A DNA stretch of 64,000 nt. It comes from Pseudovirgaria hyperparasitica (lineage: Eukaryota). How positions within the stretch are numbered: position 1 is the first letter of the stretch; every line of letters begins with the position of its first letter. The DNA lies in NCBI GenBank assembly GCA_010093815.1, contig ML996569.1; one strand, 5' to 3'. Positions 11,620-23,641 of this stretch are shown here, piece after piece. Below the pieces are notes generated by a model. It had not been told where the DNA came from and made no database searches. It was given only the letters and a program-made list of their open reading frames with translations. The position numbers and the translations under genes were made by a program.

Positions 11620-13438
11620 ATGTCAACTACATCTAACCCCGATAACACGCTCATCACGGCACAAACAGTACAGCAGCATGCATGTGCCGACGACTGCTGG
11701 CTCGTCATCGACGGCAAGGTCTGGGATATGACGGCGTTTGCACCACGGCACCCCGGTGGTTCGCAGAGTATGTGTCTTCTCTGAGTCGAGAGTTCGGTTT
11801 GATCGCTTCCGTCTTTGTTCATTTGCGGCGCTGTTTGCTGCTTGTGATATTGTTGGAACCATATTCCTGTATCCCGGCTATGTTTGTATATATATGCATC
11901 ACGGATGCCGAAGGACATGTGCCTGCATACCTAGGACCGACAAAGCTGACAAACACTCAGTAATCCTCACCCACGCCGGCCGCGACGCAACAACGGCATA
12001 CAACACCATCCACGCACCGTCGCTCATCGAGGAAGAAGTCCCAGAAGCGTACAAGGGCCGCTTGGATCCCTCGACAGTTCCAAAGTCATGGACCACCACG
12101 ACCACCACGACCACCACCACAGCAAGCACAAGGCCAGCCCTCACAAGCATCCTCAACACACACGACTTCGCACACGCCGCACAGCACAGCATCCCGGCCA
12201 AAACATGGGCCTTCTACAGCTCCGCAGCGACAGACTCCCACACCCACGCCGCCAACACCGCCATGTACGCCCGCATATGGTTCCGGCCTCGCGTGCTGCG
12301 CGACGTCAGCAGCGTGAGCATCAAGGCACGCTTCCTGGGCTGTGCGGCCGTGGACATGCCGATATATGTAGCGCCCGCGGCAATGGCACGCATGGTGCAC
12401 GTTGAAGGCGAGCGAGCGATTGCGCGGGCATGTGCGCGAAAGGGCGTACTACAATGTGTAAGTCCCCAACATGCTCGGAGCCCAAGTCCCTACCTCCCTT
12501 TAACCATCCACCATCCGTCAACCCACGCGAGAGGTCGAATATACATACATACACACCCACACCAAAGCACCACAACTAACCACCTTCCCCACCCCCCCTC
12601 ACAGATCTCAACCTCCGCGTCCTTCCCCGCATCTCAGATCGTGCCCGTCGCCCCACCCGCACACCCGTTCTTCTTCCAGCTGTACATCAACAGCAACCGG
12701 GCCAAATGCGCGGCCCTGATCCGCGAAATCGCCGCGATGCCGCAGATCCGCGGTATCATGATCACGGTCGACGCGCCCGTTGTCGGCAAGCGGGAGGCCG
12801 ACGAGCGTATCCGCGCCGACGAGACCCTCCACGCGCCCATGTCGGGGCAACAGGCCAAGAACGACGCCAAAGGGGGCGGCATGGGCCGTGTGATGGGCCG
12901 GTATATCGATCCGAGTTTCCACTGGGAGGAGATTGCGTGGGTGCGGGGCTTGTATTCCGGGCCGCTGATGCTGAAGGGCGTGCAGACGGCGGCGGACGCG
13001 CGGATGGCGGTCGAGTATGGGGTTCAGGGGATTGTGGTGAGTAACCATGGAGGGAGGTGTTTGGATACGAGTCCGCCGAGTATTCTTGCGCTGTTGGACA
13101 TTCAGAGGAATGCGCCTGAGGTGTTTGACAAGATGGAGGTGTATGTTGATGGGGGGATCAGACGGGGGACGGATATTGTGAAGGCGCTGTGCTTGGGAGC
13201 GACGGGCGTGGGGCTGGGACGGCCGTTCTTGTATAGTCTGGCATACGGGACTGAGGGTGTGGAGCATCTGATTGACATACTGCGTGATGAGATTGAGACA
13301 ACAATGAGGTTGCTGGGAGCGAATTCGCTGAGCGATCTGCATCCGGGGATGGTGAACACGGCCGACGTGGATCATTTGGTGCCAAGGGGCCTGGACGGGC
13401 ATCCTTATGCGCGGAATGTAGAGAGGGCGAAGCTATAG
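11620..13438 (+). CDS. Flavocytochrome b2-like FMN-dependent alpha-hydroxy acid dehydrogenase with N-terminal cytochrome b5 domain and PTS1-like C-terminus
   Basis: Cytochrome b5 motif DDCWLVIDGKVWDMTAFAPRHPGG...HAGRDAT; FMN-domain motifs ITVDAPVVGKRE, LKGVQ, VVSNHGGR, DGGIRRGTDIVKALCLGA. Introns 11768-11960 and 12458-12604. Ends ...ERAKL*. Confidence 0.9.
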
Positions 13439-13772
13439 ATGGATGGATCCAATCAAGTGCAAGTGGTCTATGATATTCATGAAACATTAGCTTTATGAAC
13501 AGTGCGTCTAGTGGGTGGTATGGTCTTGCGTAAAGATATCATTTTTAGGGTGCTTTGTACAACGCAATGCTTGGAAAGGCAGTGCAATTCGATATCCGCC
13601 CGAACGCCTGCCACGAGCAGCAAAGTCTCCATCCTACAGAGCTGTGACAAAAGGAAACGTGCCGAGCCCAGGCTAAAGTCTTCACATATCACCAAGTCCT
13701 AGATCTCGGCCGTATCCTATCCTATATCATCTCTTGTTCACTGACACACGTACATGCGTTGTTCCGACACTC

Positions 13773-14381
13773 TATACGGAGAACCAGAATACACTGATTA
13801 CGACGTCCATGCCCTTGGAGTCGCCCGCCTCGTACTTGTACGACCACATGCCATCTTTGTCTTCGTTCCAGAATGCACCGGTTGCGCTATGCATACCGCG
13901 TCGGCCAGCATCCTTAGACTCAACGCCGGCTTGAGGCTCGGTGTGTTGCACGATGGTGCTATTGACGGCGAACTTGTACGGTGGTTGGTTCTGGCCAGAG
14001 GGTGTTGACTCGGAGATGACTTTTTGGAGGACATTGTTCTAATCGGGCGGTCAATTATGCGAAGCTCTATTATATGCATGGACGCGGGAAACATGGTCCG
14101 ATGCTCTCCTTCTGCAAGGAGCGCGCGGTAAAAGTGCGCAGAGAGAAGCTGGAGATAGGAGACTGAGAAAACGTTCAGAGGGCTTACAATTATGGAGGTG
14201 TTCCAGACAGAGGTCTGCGAGTGTACGTAGGTTTCCGCATTGCTGAGAGTGCTGTTACAGGCATCATCGGTGATCTGCTTGAGACGGAGGTCTGAGATGG
14301 GCTATGTGCGCAAGAAGTCAGCAAGCTGTGACGGGGATGCTGTCGGGCATGCTGAAGGATTTAGCTTACGCCTGGTGCCAT
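13773..14381 (-). CDS. Dynein light chain Tctex-1 family
   Basis: Exons 14381-14370, 14301-14188 and 14038-13773 give MAPGPISDLRLKQITDDACNSTL...VWNTSIINNVLQKVISES...PYKFAVNSTIVQH...GRRGMHSATGAFWNEDKDGMWSYKY...MDVVISVFWFSV*. Confidence 0.88.
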
Positions 14382-15231
14382 TGTGGATAGTTGTGTATGG
14401 AAACTGTGTTGGGATGAATGGTCTGTAGCAAATGAATTACGGATTGGGTTGGAAGAGCGTTGGGCGTGAGGTGGTGGAGTTGTTGTTGAATGTTGCTGTG
14501 TGTTGCTGGTGCCAATGAGCAGGGATTGGGCAGAGTGATTGTTATGATGTCCGAATGCAGCATCACGTGCCAACGCCAGGAAACTTGGCCAACTATAGAG
14601 CGAGATTATTGCTTATTTTACCGGACATGGGCATACAACATGGAATAGTCTCATCTTCTTTACTATTATTCTATTCCAAACGATGAAAATGGAATTGCAA
14701 ATGCAAATTGTCGGTCGTGTGGGTTGTGAGTTTCAGTCGTGGCTTGTAGCTGGTGGCTTCCATGAGCTGTGGCTGATGACAGCATGAAGCTTGGGCCCCG
14801 TTGCCGTTGCCGAAATCTATGGCTGTGCTGTTTGTTATGTGGCTGACACCGCACATGCCCCTCGTCCCGCGCTGCCATTCGCTGCTGCTCTCTGCCTCCA
14901 CATTTTCCTCTTCCGACATCATCGACGTCCTCTCTCCCACCTGCAAAGGTCTTCTTCTCGTTCTCTGCCTTGTTCATTTCTCGGTCAACGGTCTGCTCCT
15001 ATTCAATTGGCTCTATCTTCTTAGACTGTGCTACCCCAACCCGGCGCCATCTCCCGCATTCTCCGACTCCGCGCTCTAGAAGTTCCGGAGCTTTTCAAAG
15101 ACCAATCTCGGGTACCCAGCACCAGCCTCTCTCTTTGCACAGCATTTTTGGAAACAGACTTGAGCTGTAAACAAGAGAACCGCCATCACAACCCCCAATT
15201 GTAGATTGCTCTGTCATACTTTATCATCACA

Positions 15232-15688
15232 ATGTCTAGCCAGCCGCTTCTACAGTCCGCTCCAGGTATGTCAAACTGTCAACTCTATGCTCACTTGAAG
15301 TACGTCAGTCAATGAAGCGCTGCTAACCTATACTGCAGGCAAGCGCATCGCCCTTCCAACCCGTGTTGAGCCGAAGGTCTTCTTCGCAAACGAGCGCACC
15401 TTCCTCTCATGGCTCAACTTTACTGTCATTCTGGGTGGTCTAGCGGTTGGTCTCCTCAACTTCGGTGATAAGACTGGACGAATCTCCGCCGGCATCTTCA
15501 CAATCATCGCCATGGCTGCAATGTTGTACGCCTTGTATCAATTCCACTGGCGGGCGAAGAGCATCCGGCAAAGAGGTCAGGCTGGTTTCGACGACAAGCT
15601 TGGTCCGACCCTGCTTAGTTTGGCTCTACTCGGCGCCGTCATTGTCAACTTTGTGCTGCGTATAAATCAAACAGATAAGAAACAGTAA
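15232..15688 (+). CDS. VTC1: Vacuolar transporter chaperone 1
   Basis: [39 protein letters not shown]...[10 protein letters not shown]; intron 15266-15338; stop TAA 15686-15688. Confidence 0.95.
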
Positions 15689-16121
15689 TAATGAAAAGCG
15701 AATTTGGATGTTGATGGGAAGTGGGACATGGGAGACTTTGGGTACGAAGCTTGTACTATACGCATCGCTTTCAGGTTGGCGGAGACACATCTATCAGTGC
15801 GAGACTCAGCATTTCCAACACAGGCTCGATCATAAAGGCACGGTGTTACAATAAGTACATATTCAATCATGTTAATCAATTCGCCTTCGTGCTCCAGGCT
15901 ACATCGATGCTGACAGGTAGATGCATCTTTTCCTTTTAAGCTCTGTTCCTTGGTACAGACTGACCATCTCACGGTTTCGGGAGACATCGCCGTAAGTGCC
16001 GTTTGTTTAAAAAAAGGGGGAAATGAGCATTGATCTTGGGGAGAGCTTTAAAAAAACATCGTAGGGTATCATAGAATCGAGAACATCAGCGCGTCAAAGG
16101 TCGAGAACCTCACAAACGCCA

Positions 16122-17855
16122 TTACTCCCTCATCAGCCCAGCTTTCATCCGACTGGCTAATCTCTCCTTCTTGAGCGAGGGATATGTTTGTCTCTCGCGA
16201 CTGAACTCTTTGAGTAGTCGCACCTCGATAAGCTGGCGCTTGGCCTCACTCAGCCGTATGTACTGAGGACCGTTGGTCCTGACAAAATATTCAGCCACCC
16301 TCACCAGTTCCGCACCCACAAGCTCCTCTGGTAGGCTCGCCAGCACGAAGATCCAACGCTCAGAAGAAGCCTCGAGCTCGGCAACCAACTCCCTGCAGAA
16401 CGGCCACGCAAGACTCTTCAGGAGTGTGTTTCGCAGACACTGATCCAGTCTCGGCCCACCGCTATGGGGATGAGACGGCAAATACCGTCCAGTCAGGCGC
16501 CAACAGCTCCATTTCTCATCCTCATACATGATGTTGGCGTGGCGCAGGCCGTCTAGATATGGCACGAGCGCGCGTATACGCACTTCCAGATCCATGCCGT
16601 CCATGGCATAGATTGCCAGGTCCGACAGCTCGAGCGCGCCAAAACCCAAATCTGCATCACTCCTTTCTTGCCACGGTGTTGGGCCCTCTGCCATCTGGAC
16701 GCAGTACTTCTTATTCCACGCCTGCTCCTCCCTGCTTGCGTCTCTTAGGCCTTGAAGGATTATTCGCAGCGGACCCGGGTGCACGCCCCGTATATCCGGC
16801 ATCTCGAATTTCCGGAGTCCTTTGCCGCTGGCATCAGAGATACGACCCAGAAGCCTTAATGTGTCCGCGTCGGACAACTCATTCGACGGCGAATGGGATA
16901 GGAGGCGTGGCAGAGCGCCGCCCGGACGCGGCTGTGCGAGCAGGTCGAGGCGGTGGTTATAAGGCGTCCTCGCGGCCTCTCGCTTCTTCTCGCCCTTTTT
17001 CCTCGCAACAGCGTCTTGTAACACGCGTTCAAACATGTCTGGCCTGTGGAGTTTCGTGCGGGCAATCCAGTCTCGCTCGCTCTCACAGCCCTGATACACC
17101 GGTCGCGTACGTTCCCAGACGGGCGTCACCGCGGTATCCGCCACTGGCAACTCAGAAGACCTCGCCTTGACCTGCGAGGATTCAACACAAGCTCCACTGG
17201 GAGCGCACGAAACAGCCTTCCCACCCCGAGAACCCGCCACAGAGACTTCTGCCCTACTCCGAACCGTCCTCGCCACCGACGACAAGCCCCCAGACTTGTT
17301 CACTGGGACCATCGAAAGCGCACCCTGCACTGCCGAGATGGCCTGCATCATAGATGCGAACTCCTCCGACGGCTCTACCGTCCTTCCAGAACCTCCAATT
17401 CCGCCACCAGACACCTTCGATTCCACGCCGGGCGAACTCACATGGCCCTTCTGGATGGCCAGAATCTGCAGTGTAGGCCCATGTGTACTCACCGCACTGT
17501 CGTTCCGGGCAGCAGTATCGGCACTTTGCGGCGCACTGGGTACTGAACCATGCGTCTTCGGACCCGAGGAACCCCCTTCCACGCTGCTGGCTACGCCAGA
17601 AGCCGCGGCCGTGCGAGGTGAGATACCGGAGCCAGGTAGATAGCCGTGCGTGCTCTCGGCATGTATCGGACGCGATACAGGCACGGCGGCGGCGGCGGCG
17701 GACGTAGAGCTGCTGTTGGGCAGCGTAAGAAGGGGGATTTGCACGGCTGAGTATGTGGGAGCTGGGCGTGCGGAGGAGGAGGGAGCTTCGGGCTGCCTCA
17801 GGGGCAGCGAGGGAGTGCTTGTGCTGCGACTCGCTGGGCTCATTGGTGGTGGCAT
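16122..17855 (-). CDS. Hypothetical protein (about 577 aa; Ser/Ala/Pro-rich disordered N-half, helical-looking C-half)
   Basis: Long uninterrupted ORF with probable ATG at 17855 (MPPPMSPASRS...). No family recognised. Confidence 0.65.
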   Translation of the reverse strand: MPPPMSPASRSTSTPSLPLRQPEAPSSSARPAPTYSAVQIPLLTLPNSSSTSAAAAAVPVSRPIHAESTHGYLPGSGISPRTAAASGVASSVEGGSSGPKTHGSVPSAPQSADTAARNDSAVSTHGPTLQILAIQKGHVSSPGVESKVSGGGIGGSGRTVEPSEEFASMMQAISAVQGALSMVPVNKSGGLSSVARTVRSRAEVSVAGSRGGKAVSCAPSGACVESSQVKARSSELPVADTAVTPVWERTRPVYQGCESERDWIARTKLHRPDMFERVLQDAVARKKGEKKREAARTPYNHRLDLLAQPRPGGALPRLLSHSPSNELSDADTLRLLGRISDASGKGLRKFEMPDIRGVHPGPLRIILQGLRDASREEQAWNKKYCVQMAEGPTPWQERSDADLGFGALELSDLAIYAMDGMDLEVRIRALVPYLDGLRHANIMYEDEKWSCWRLTGRYLPSHPHSGGPRLDQCLRNTLLKSLAWPFCRELVAELEASSERWIFVLASLPEELVGAELVRVAEYFVRTNGPQYIRLSEAKRQLIEVRLLKEFSRERQTYPSLKKERLASRMKAGLMRE

Positions 17856-18451
17856 GGTGGTGACATGGTGATGTGGTGGTGTGGTGGTGTGGGTGGAACT
17901 TGATATGAGAGTACGAAGAAAGTGGTAATGGGTAAGTGAATGAGTGGTTAGGTTGGTGGTGTATACGTGTGCGATACTCAGACCATGAAATTGACTCAAG
18001 TAAAAGTAACGAGAGAAAGTTGGGAAAGAGCCAGATTGAATAGACAATCTTCTGTCGAGTCGCACTTTCTCTTGGGGAAAATATATATATATATATATCA
18101 AAAAAATTGAATTCTACCATCTCATCCAATCCATGGGACTTACACTTCCTAGCTCTTCCCTCCTAAGTACGAATTCCACGGTCGACACTTCCTCTAAACC
18201 CAAACACAAAACGAATCAACGTCACGTATGTAACCACAGTCGATTTCAAAAGTTCTTCAATTAAAAAAAACGTAAATTTATCAACATCCACTCTTTGTAG
18301 CCAATGGTAACAAACACCCATATCCGGACTCCACGCTACTGAGTATCTTTGCGAGAACGCTACACGCTGAATCAGAATCGAAACCAAGGTTCAAACGCAA
18401 CCTCCAAGCTGAAAATCCGCTCTATGTCGATGCAGATCCACGGATGCTTGT

Positions 18452-20621
18452 TTACATCATCATACTGCGTCGCCTCGACGCAGCTCTCTCCAAGACGGCC
18501 GACTTGGTGTCCCTAGAGACCGTATGCGTCTTCTTTGGATTTGAATCTGCTGGCGGAGGTTTCGCGGCGGAAGAAGAAGAAGTAGCTGTTCTCGTGCCTC
18601 CCACTGTTTCGCTCTTCGATACCAAGCCCGCTACAGATGAGTGTCTTCGAGCCGTTCGAGCTCGCGCAGATTCTACACGTGATTTTGGAAGTTCAGGTTT
18701 ATCTGTCAGTGTCGCTGGCGAGGATTCAGTGAAGTCAAAAACTGCCAGTTCATCTTTCGGCGTGTTTCTGTCGTCTTTACTACTGTTGGGTTTTGGTTGT
18801 TGTTTTGGCTTGGTAGAATTGGATATCAGAGCTGATATCGTTGCTGCTGCACCAGTGGGCTTGATCGGGTTGCTCTCCGTCTTCTCGGAGTCTGGGAGTG
18901 GAGGAGCGGATGTGGTCTTATTGCTCAGAGGGCTCCTTTGCTCAGGCGCGCTCTGCGGAAGGCCTTCCCAATCATGCCTATCATCCTCTCGCTCGCGCTT
19001 AATTACCACAGTTCGCATCGAAGGCTTCTCTACCGTGACTGGGGCGGATGGCGCATCTTCGGGCTTGACCACAGAAGTAGTAGGTCGTGGCTCCTTCGTG
19101 ATAACAGCGTCAACGAGCTCTTTCCCAGGACGACGCATCTTCACGTTCAGCTTGGGCTCTGCGTAGCTAACCGCAGGCCTTGACCTTCTCGAGCCGCGGC
19201 CGTTCAATTGTTGATCAATGCTTGTCCCATCCAAGTCTGCTGGAGGTGGAGTACCGTCTCTGCGGTCTGGCCGTTCGGTAGAAGCCTCCGTAGATGCAGG
19301 GGAAAAGATTTCGCCCACTCCAACCGGTGTTTTTGGAGGCAGATGTATCGTATCCAAAGCTATATCTACAATCTCCAGGACGGGTGCTTCGGTTATTCCA
19401 GAGCCATTTATACTAATGGGTTCATGATTTTCGTTCCCCTTGGGCGGCACCCGCACGTGTCTCTTCACGTCTTTGGCTAGCCTTCCGTCCTTCTTGCCAG
19501 TAACCACTTGCTTCTTAGGAGACGTTGAGTTTGTGCTCTCTATTTTGATATTAGTAACACTATAGACGATAGGCACTCTGTCACTTACTTGCACCCAGAA
19601 TCTTCCGAGTCTGTTGTGGATTTGGCGGTGGTGCCGTATCAATGACTGGCTCAGCGGAAGTCTTGCGAATGTAATGGGAGTCATCGTTGGTCGCTATCCC
19701 TTGGACGGCCGTACCATCGTCTTCTCTGGCACTCAATTTGCGCTTTGAGCCCGTACGTGGTGGATCATTACTTTCGCTAACACTTCCTGCTTCACTGCTA
19801 TCCCTATCGTCAATTGACGGCTCGAACATTGACTTCCTCCGGGATGAGCTATCTCTCCTCCTTCTGCGTGTCTCCAGGTTGGCAGGTAGTATATCAGCCA
19901 TGTCTTGTACATCGTCGCCGTCCTCTAGTGCTGACACTCTACGATTTGTGACTGGCAGGTCGCACTTAATTGGGTCTTCATCTTGGAAGTGTGCTACTGG
20001 CGGAGGACCTAAGTCTGGTGATTCCATGGTGCCATTGATGAACAATCCTTTAATATCTTCAGCATCTAGAGTCCTGCGGGGATGATATTTGTCCTCCATG
20101 ATGGTCGGCAGCAGACACTCTTCCGATTGTAATAAGGCGTTCCTCCAGTTCCGCTCATCCGGTGATTTCTTAGCGGCGACAGGTTGTGGTTTTGCTCTTG
20201 GAGCTCGAGTTGGCAGGCTTCCTAGGCCCGCTACTATTTGTCCGAGCTCGCGCATTTTGGCCTCTAGGAGGTTTCGTGTGGCAGCGAGATGTCCTATGGT
20301 TGGCCCTTGTTCATAATGCTCCAACTGACTCTGACTCTGAATGATCTGTTCGCGGAGGGAGAGATTCTCTGCAAGGAGCCGCGATATTTCTTGTTCGAGG
20401 GAGCGTATCCGAACGGATTGATTCGAGTTGCATCTTCTGTCGCATTAGCAGGAGCATTTGTAGGCTTATCAGTGACGCTCACTTTGCAAGTTCTCTATTT
20501 TGCCGGAGGAAGCGCCGTTTTACTGACCATGTTAGCATCCTGCACTGTCAAACATTATATGTAAACACTCACCAACTTCGACACTTTCCGAATTGCCAGG
20601 CGGCTCGTTAAGTCTGGCCAT
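18452..20621 (-). CDS. sgo1: Shugoshin
   Basis: N-terminal coiled coil MARLNEPP...VKRRFLRQNRELAK..NSNQSVRIRSLEQEISRLLAENLSLREQII (two short 5' introns), intron 19540-19588, and C-terminal SGO motif RGSRRSRPAVSYAEPKLNVKMRRPGKELVDAV. Confidence 0.92.
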
Positions 20622-20979
20622 ATGCGGCGAGAAATAGGTAAGATAATATGACTGAAGCTAAATGCTGAGGTTGTCCGGATATCTGGAGGCATATGGGTTG
20701 TTGTTGCCGGGCCTTGAAAGTGAAGTTGTTGCTTAGCCGAAAAAAGGGTCGAAGTAAACAAAACTACGGTAGGCTGTTAAAGCGTTGAGCGCAAGAGTGG
20801 CGCTTGGGCCATATGACATCCCCGCGGTCCGCCGACGCGTCTTCGTCTTTGTCGCGAGCAACTCGATAATCACATTGTATGCTGCAGCCGGCCATCGCCA
20901 ACGTCTCGGTCACCTTGTATGCTGTTGCAGTCCATTACCAACTTCACGGGCAAGAGAGAATTGACGTCCTCTTGCAAAT
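20622..20979. promoter_or_regulatory. Short bidirectional promoter of sgo1/dad2 with MCB site
   Basis: 358 bp between divergent ATGs; perfect ACGCGT at 20835-20840 plus nearby CGCG cores. Confidence 0.55.
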
Positions 20980-21458
20980 ATGTCTTACGCAACTCGCCCA
21001 ATCGGCTCACATGTCCGTGGCTCTTCTGTTGGCCATTCCTTGGGCGCCTCTGGCCAGTCTGCGGCTCTTGTTCAAAAGATTGAGGACAAAAAAGCTGAGC
21101 TTGCGGCGCTGAAGCAACTTCAGCAGCTAAGCGCAGGTGTAGCTGACCAGATGCAAATACTGGAGGAGAAACTGTCTACATTGGCTAATGGTACTGAAGG
21201 TAAGAGGGCTAGCTTTCTCAACTTTGCACATTAATTAAGACACAAAATACAGCTGTCGCCGCAGTACTTTCAAACTGGCATAACGTTCTGCGTGCCATTA
21301 ATATGGCGTCTATGAAGCTACCTAAGCCGAAGAACACGGAAGAGCAAGAAGATGACGCCAAGAAAGAGGAGACACCGCTTCCACAAACTCTTGTGCGCAT
21401 TCCCACCCAGTCGGCTGCCCTTCTGCCACAGTTGTCCTCGGGAGAAACCGCCGATTGA
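20980..21458 (+). CDS. dad2: DASH/Dam1 complex subunit Dad2
   Basis: KIEDKKAELAALKQLQQLS...MQILEEKLSTLANGTE|AVAAVLSNWHNVLRAINMAS...PLPQTLVRIP; intron 21200-21252. Confidence 0.92.
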
Positions 21459-21763
21459 GAACGAATACGTGTTTCAAAGGAGTAGCGCCCGAGACATGCC
21501 CTCAAAGCACTATCTATGCACTTCAACGAGCACAGCAGCATGTGACGTGGGCTCTACTGTAGCCGCACATGGCAGCCAGTTGGTCGGGTGCGAACTAGCA
21601 AGGTACCGCGACTCGACATACATACATATGATGTATCACTGTTGGTGTACTGGAAGATAACGCGACCGATGAGCGGAGCGAGCTGCAGCGACCTGCTTGA
21701 ACACAAACATGGTGTGGTACAAGACGGTATGGGAGATAGAGAGGAGCCCGAGCAGCCCTAGAA

Positions 21764-22409
21764 TCATGCGCCTTTGTAGCCATACCTCATCTTTTCGAGG
21801 CCCTCGATGTCTATAGGTTTCAAGTGCCACCTCACCAATACGATGAGCAAATATATGACTGTTGTTGGTGTTAGCGATGTTTGAGCACGGACTCTATGTT
21901 ACTCGAGTAGATTCACCTAGCGGAAGCACGCCCAACAGGCCTTCTCCTTCAGCCCATCCCGTCCGCCTCCCTTCAACGAAGGCTCTTAGGCCGAGTACTG
22001 TGCTCAGCGCGCCATTGAGAGCTACGATGTGTCTGTTGATGGGACCGTCATCGTCCTCGGCCCACTTTCCAAGTCGTAGTCCACCAGCCAAGGCTCTTCG
22101 CTTCTCTGCCGGCACGAGAGGTAGAAAGTATAGGATGTAGGCAGAGGCTAGAAGGCTGGAAATGGCAAGAATGGCAGACAAGAAACTCGAAGCAGAGCTC
22201 GGACGGTAGAGTGAAGGTAGATGGGCGAGAGCGGAGAAGAGAGGAATGGCGACGAAGGCAGTGGTGTAGAAGGTGGTAGAGGAATCGTCTTGCGACTGAA
22301 GAGACGTGATCAGCTGCTCTTGCTCCTCTTCATCAAGGTCGTGGTGGGAGGTATCTTGAAGGTCGTCGGTGGGGTAGGCGAAGGCGCGGCGAAGACGAGT
22401 TGATGGCAT
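21764..22409 (-). CDS. Fungal multi-pass membrane protein of unknown function
   Basis: LRRAFAYP..DLDEEEQEQLI N-terminus and several hydrophobic segments; intron 21859-21915; last exon VIYLLIVLVRWHLKPIDIEGLEKMRYGYKGA*. Confidence 0.75.
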
Positions 22410-23641
22410 GGCTTAGGTGGTCGTACAGCTTTGCGCGACCAGCAAACTCGGAGTCTGGCAACAGAATGCTGATGGCCAAGTGTATAGGACGTATTAGCTG
22501 TTGAAAGGTATAGCTGTGTGATGTTGTTTCTGCACACCAACGTTAGCTATAGCTTGAGCTTCCGACAGATCCACCAGCACCACGCGAGTTAGACGTTAGT
22601 CCGGAGTGGCTAGGTGCCTATACTATGTAGCTATAGGTAGTTGCAGAATGCAGGCACCAAAGCAGTGCTGCGCTCTCCGATGATGTTGCTGATGGATGTG
22701 TTCTAGAAGCTTAAGCTTGCGACGTCGCTCAGACAGCGTGATGATATGTGGGACATGTGTCTGTCTGCGCGTTGGAGTAATTACTATAATAGTAGTTGAT
22801 TATTACTGTGGCATATTCGATTGATCAAGCCACGCGCAGGGAAGGGAGCGGAGGCGGCGTTTCTCTGATTCTAGCGCTCCCGTTGGTTGATTAATGAGAA
22901 AGAAGGAAGAAAAGGTGGCCTGCCCTGGCTGCCCTGGCTGCCCATTAATTAGCGATAGAGCCCCGCCCGCCTGCCCGCCTGCCCGCCCCCAGCCAGCCAG
23001 CCAGCCAGCCAGCCCCCCAAAGCCAGCCCAGCCCAGGAGCCCAGAAGCCCATTTCTACCCAACAGTACTGGAGGTATTATAGCTAATTACTGTAGCTCCC
23101 TACAGCACCCACCCACACCTATTAACCTGGTGAACACACGACCAGCCAGGGATTTGGAGGGGGGAACTGTTGACCAACGGGCGCCGGGAGACGCCCCGAC
23201 TAACCAATTCACTGCCCTGCAACTCTCCCACCGGTTGACCACTCTCCCACGCCAACGTCTGGCCGTGGCCTCACTTTCCCACTAAACCTAATTACCTCCA
23301 CGCCTCTACCCACTCCACTCACTCCTACACTAATTACTACTACCACCATCATCATCCATCCACTAAACTTAACTCAACTTCAACTTCCCAGCTCTCACGG
23401 CATCCTTCCTCTGAGCCAAAACAATCCCGTCTTTGCTGCTCTCTGCTCACAGCAACACCATCCTCTTCTCTCTACACTCCTTTGTCACCGTCTTCTTCCC
23501 TTCTCTCTCCGACTGTGGCTTGCCTACCTCCGCACGCGGCGTTTTCGCCAGACTCGTTGCTCCCTATTACCTATCCTAGCAACTCCTCCTCACTCGCCTA
23601 ATCCCATAATATTTCCTTCCTGCGACTCCGCCCTCGACATC

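Noticed and set aside
12608..13402. Long antisense ORFs opposite cyb2-like, sgo1 (18444-19166) and MYG1 (57554-58378)
   Set aside because: Shadow ORFs expected from GC-rich codon usage of the sense genes.
19581..19684. Apparent frameshift between the two shugoshin ORFs
   Set aside because: Explained by a canonical intron at 19540-19588.
22915..23045. (CCAG)n/(CCTG)n repeats resembling an array
   Set aside because: Simple low-complexity promoter repeats with no spacer structure; not CRISPR-like.
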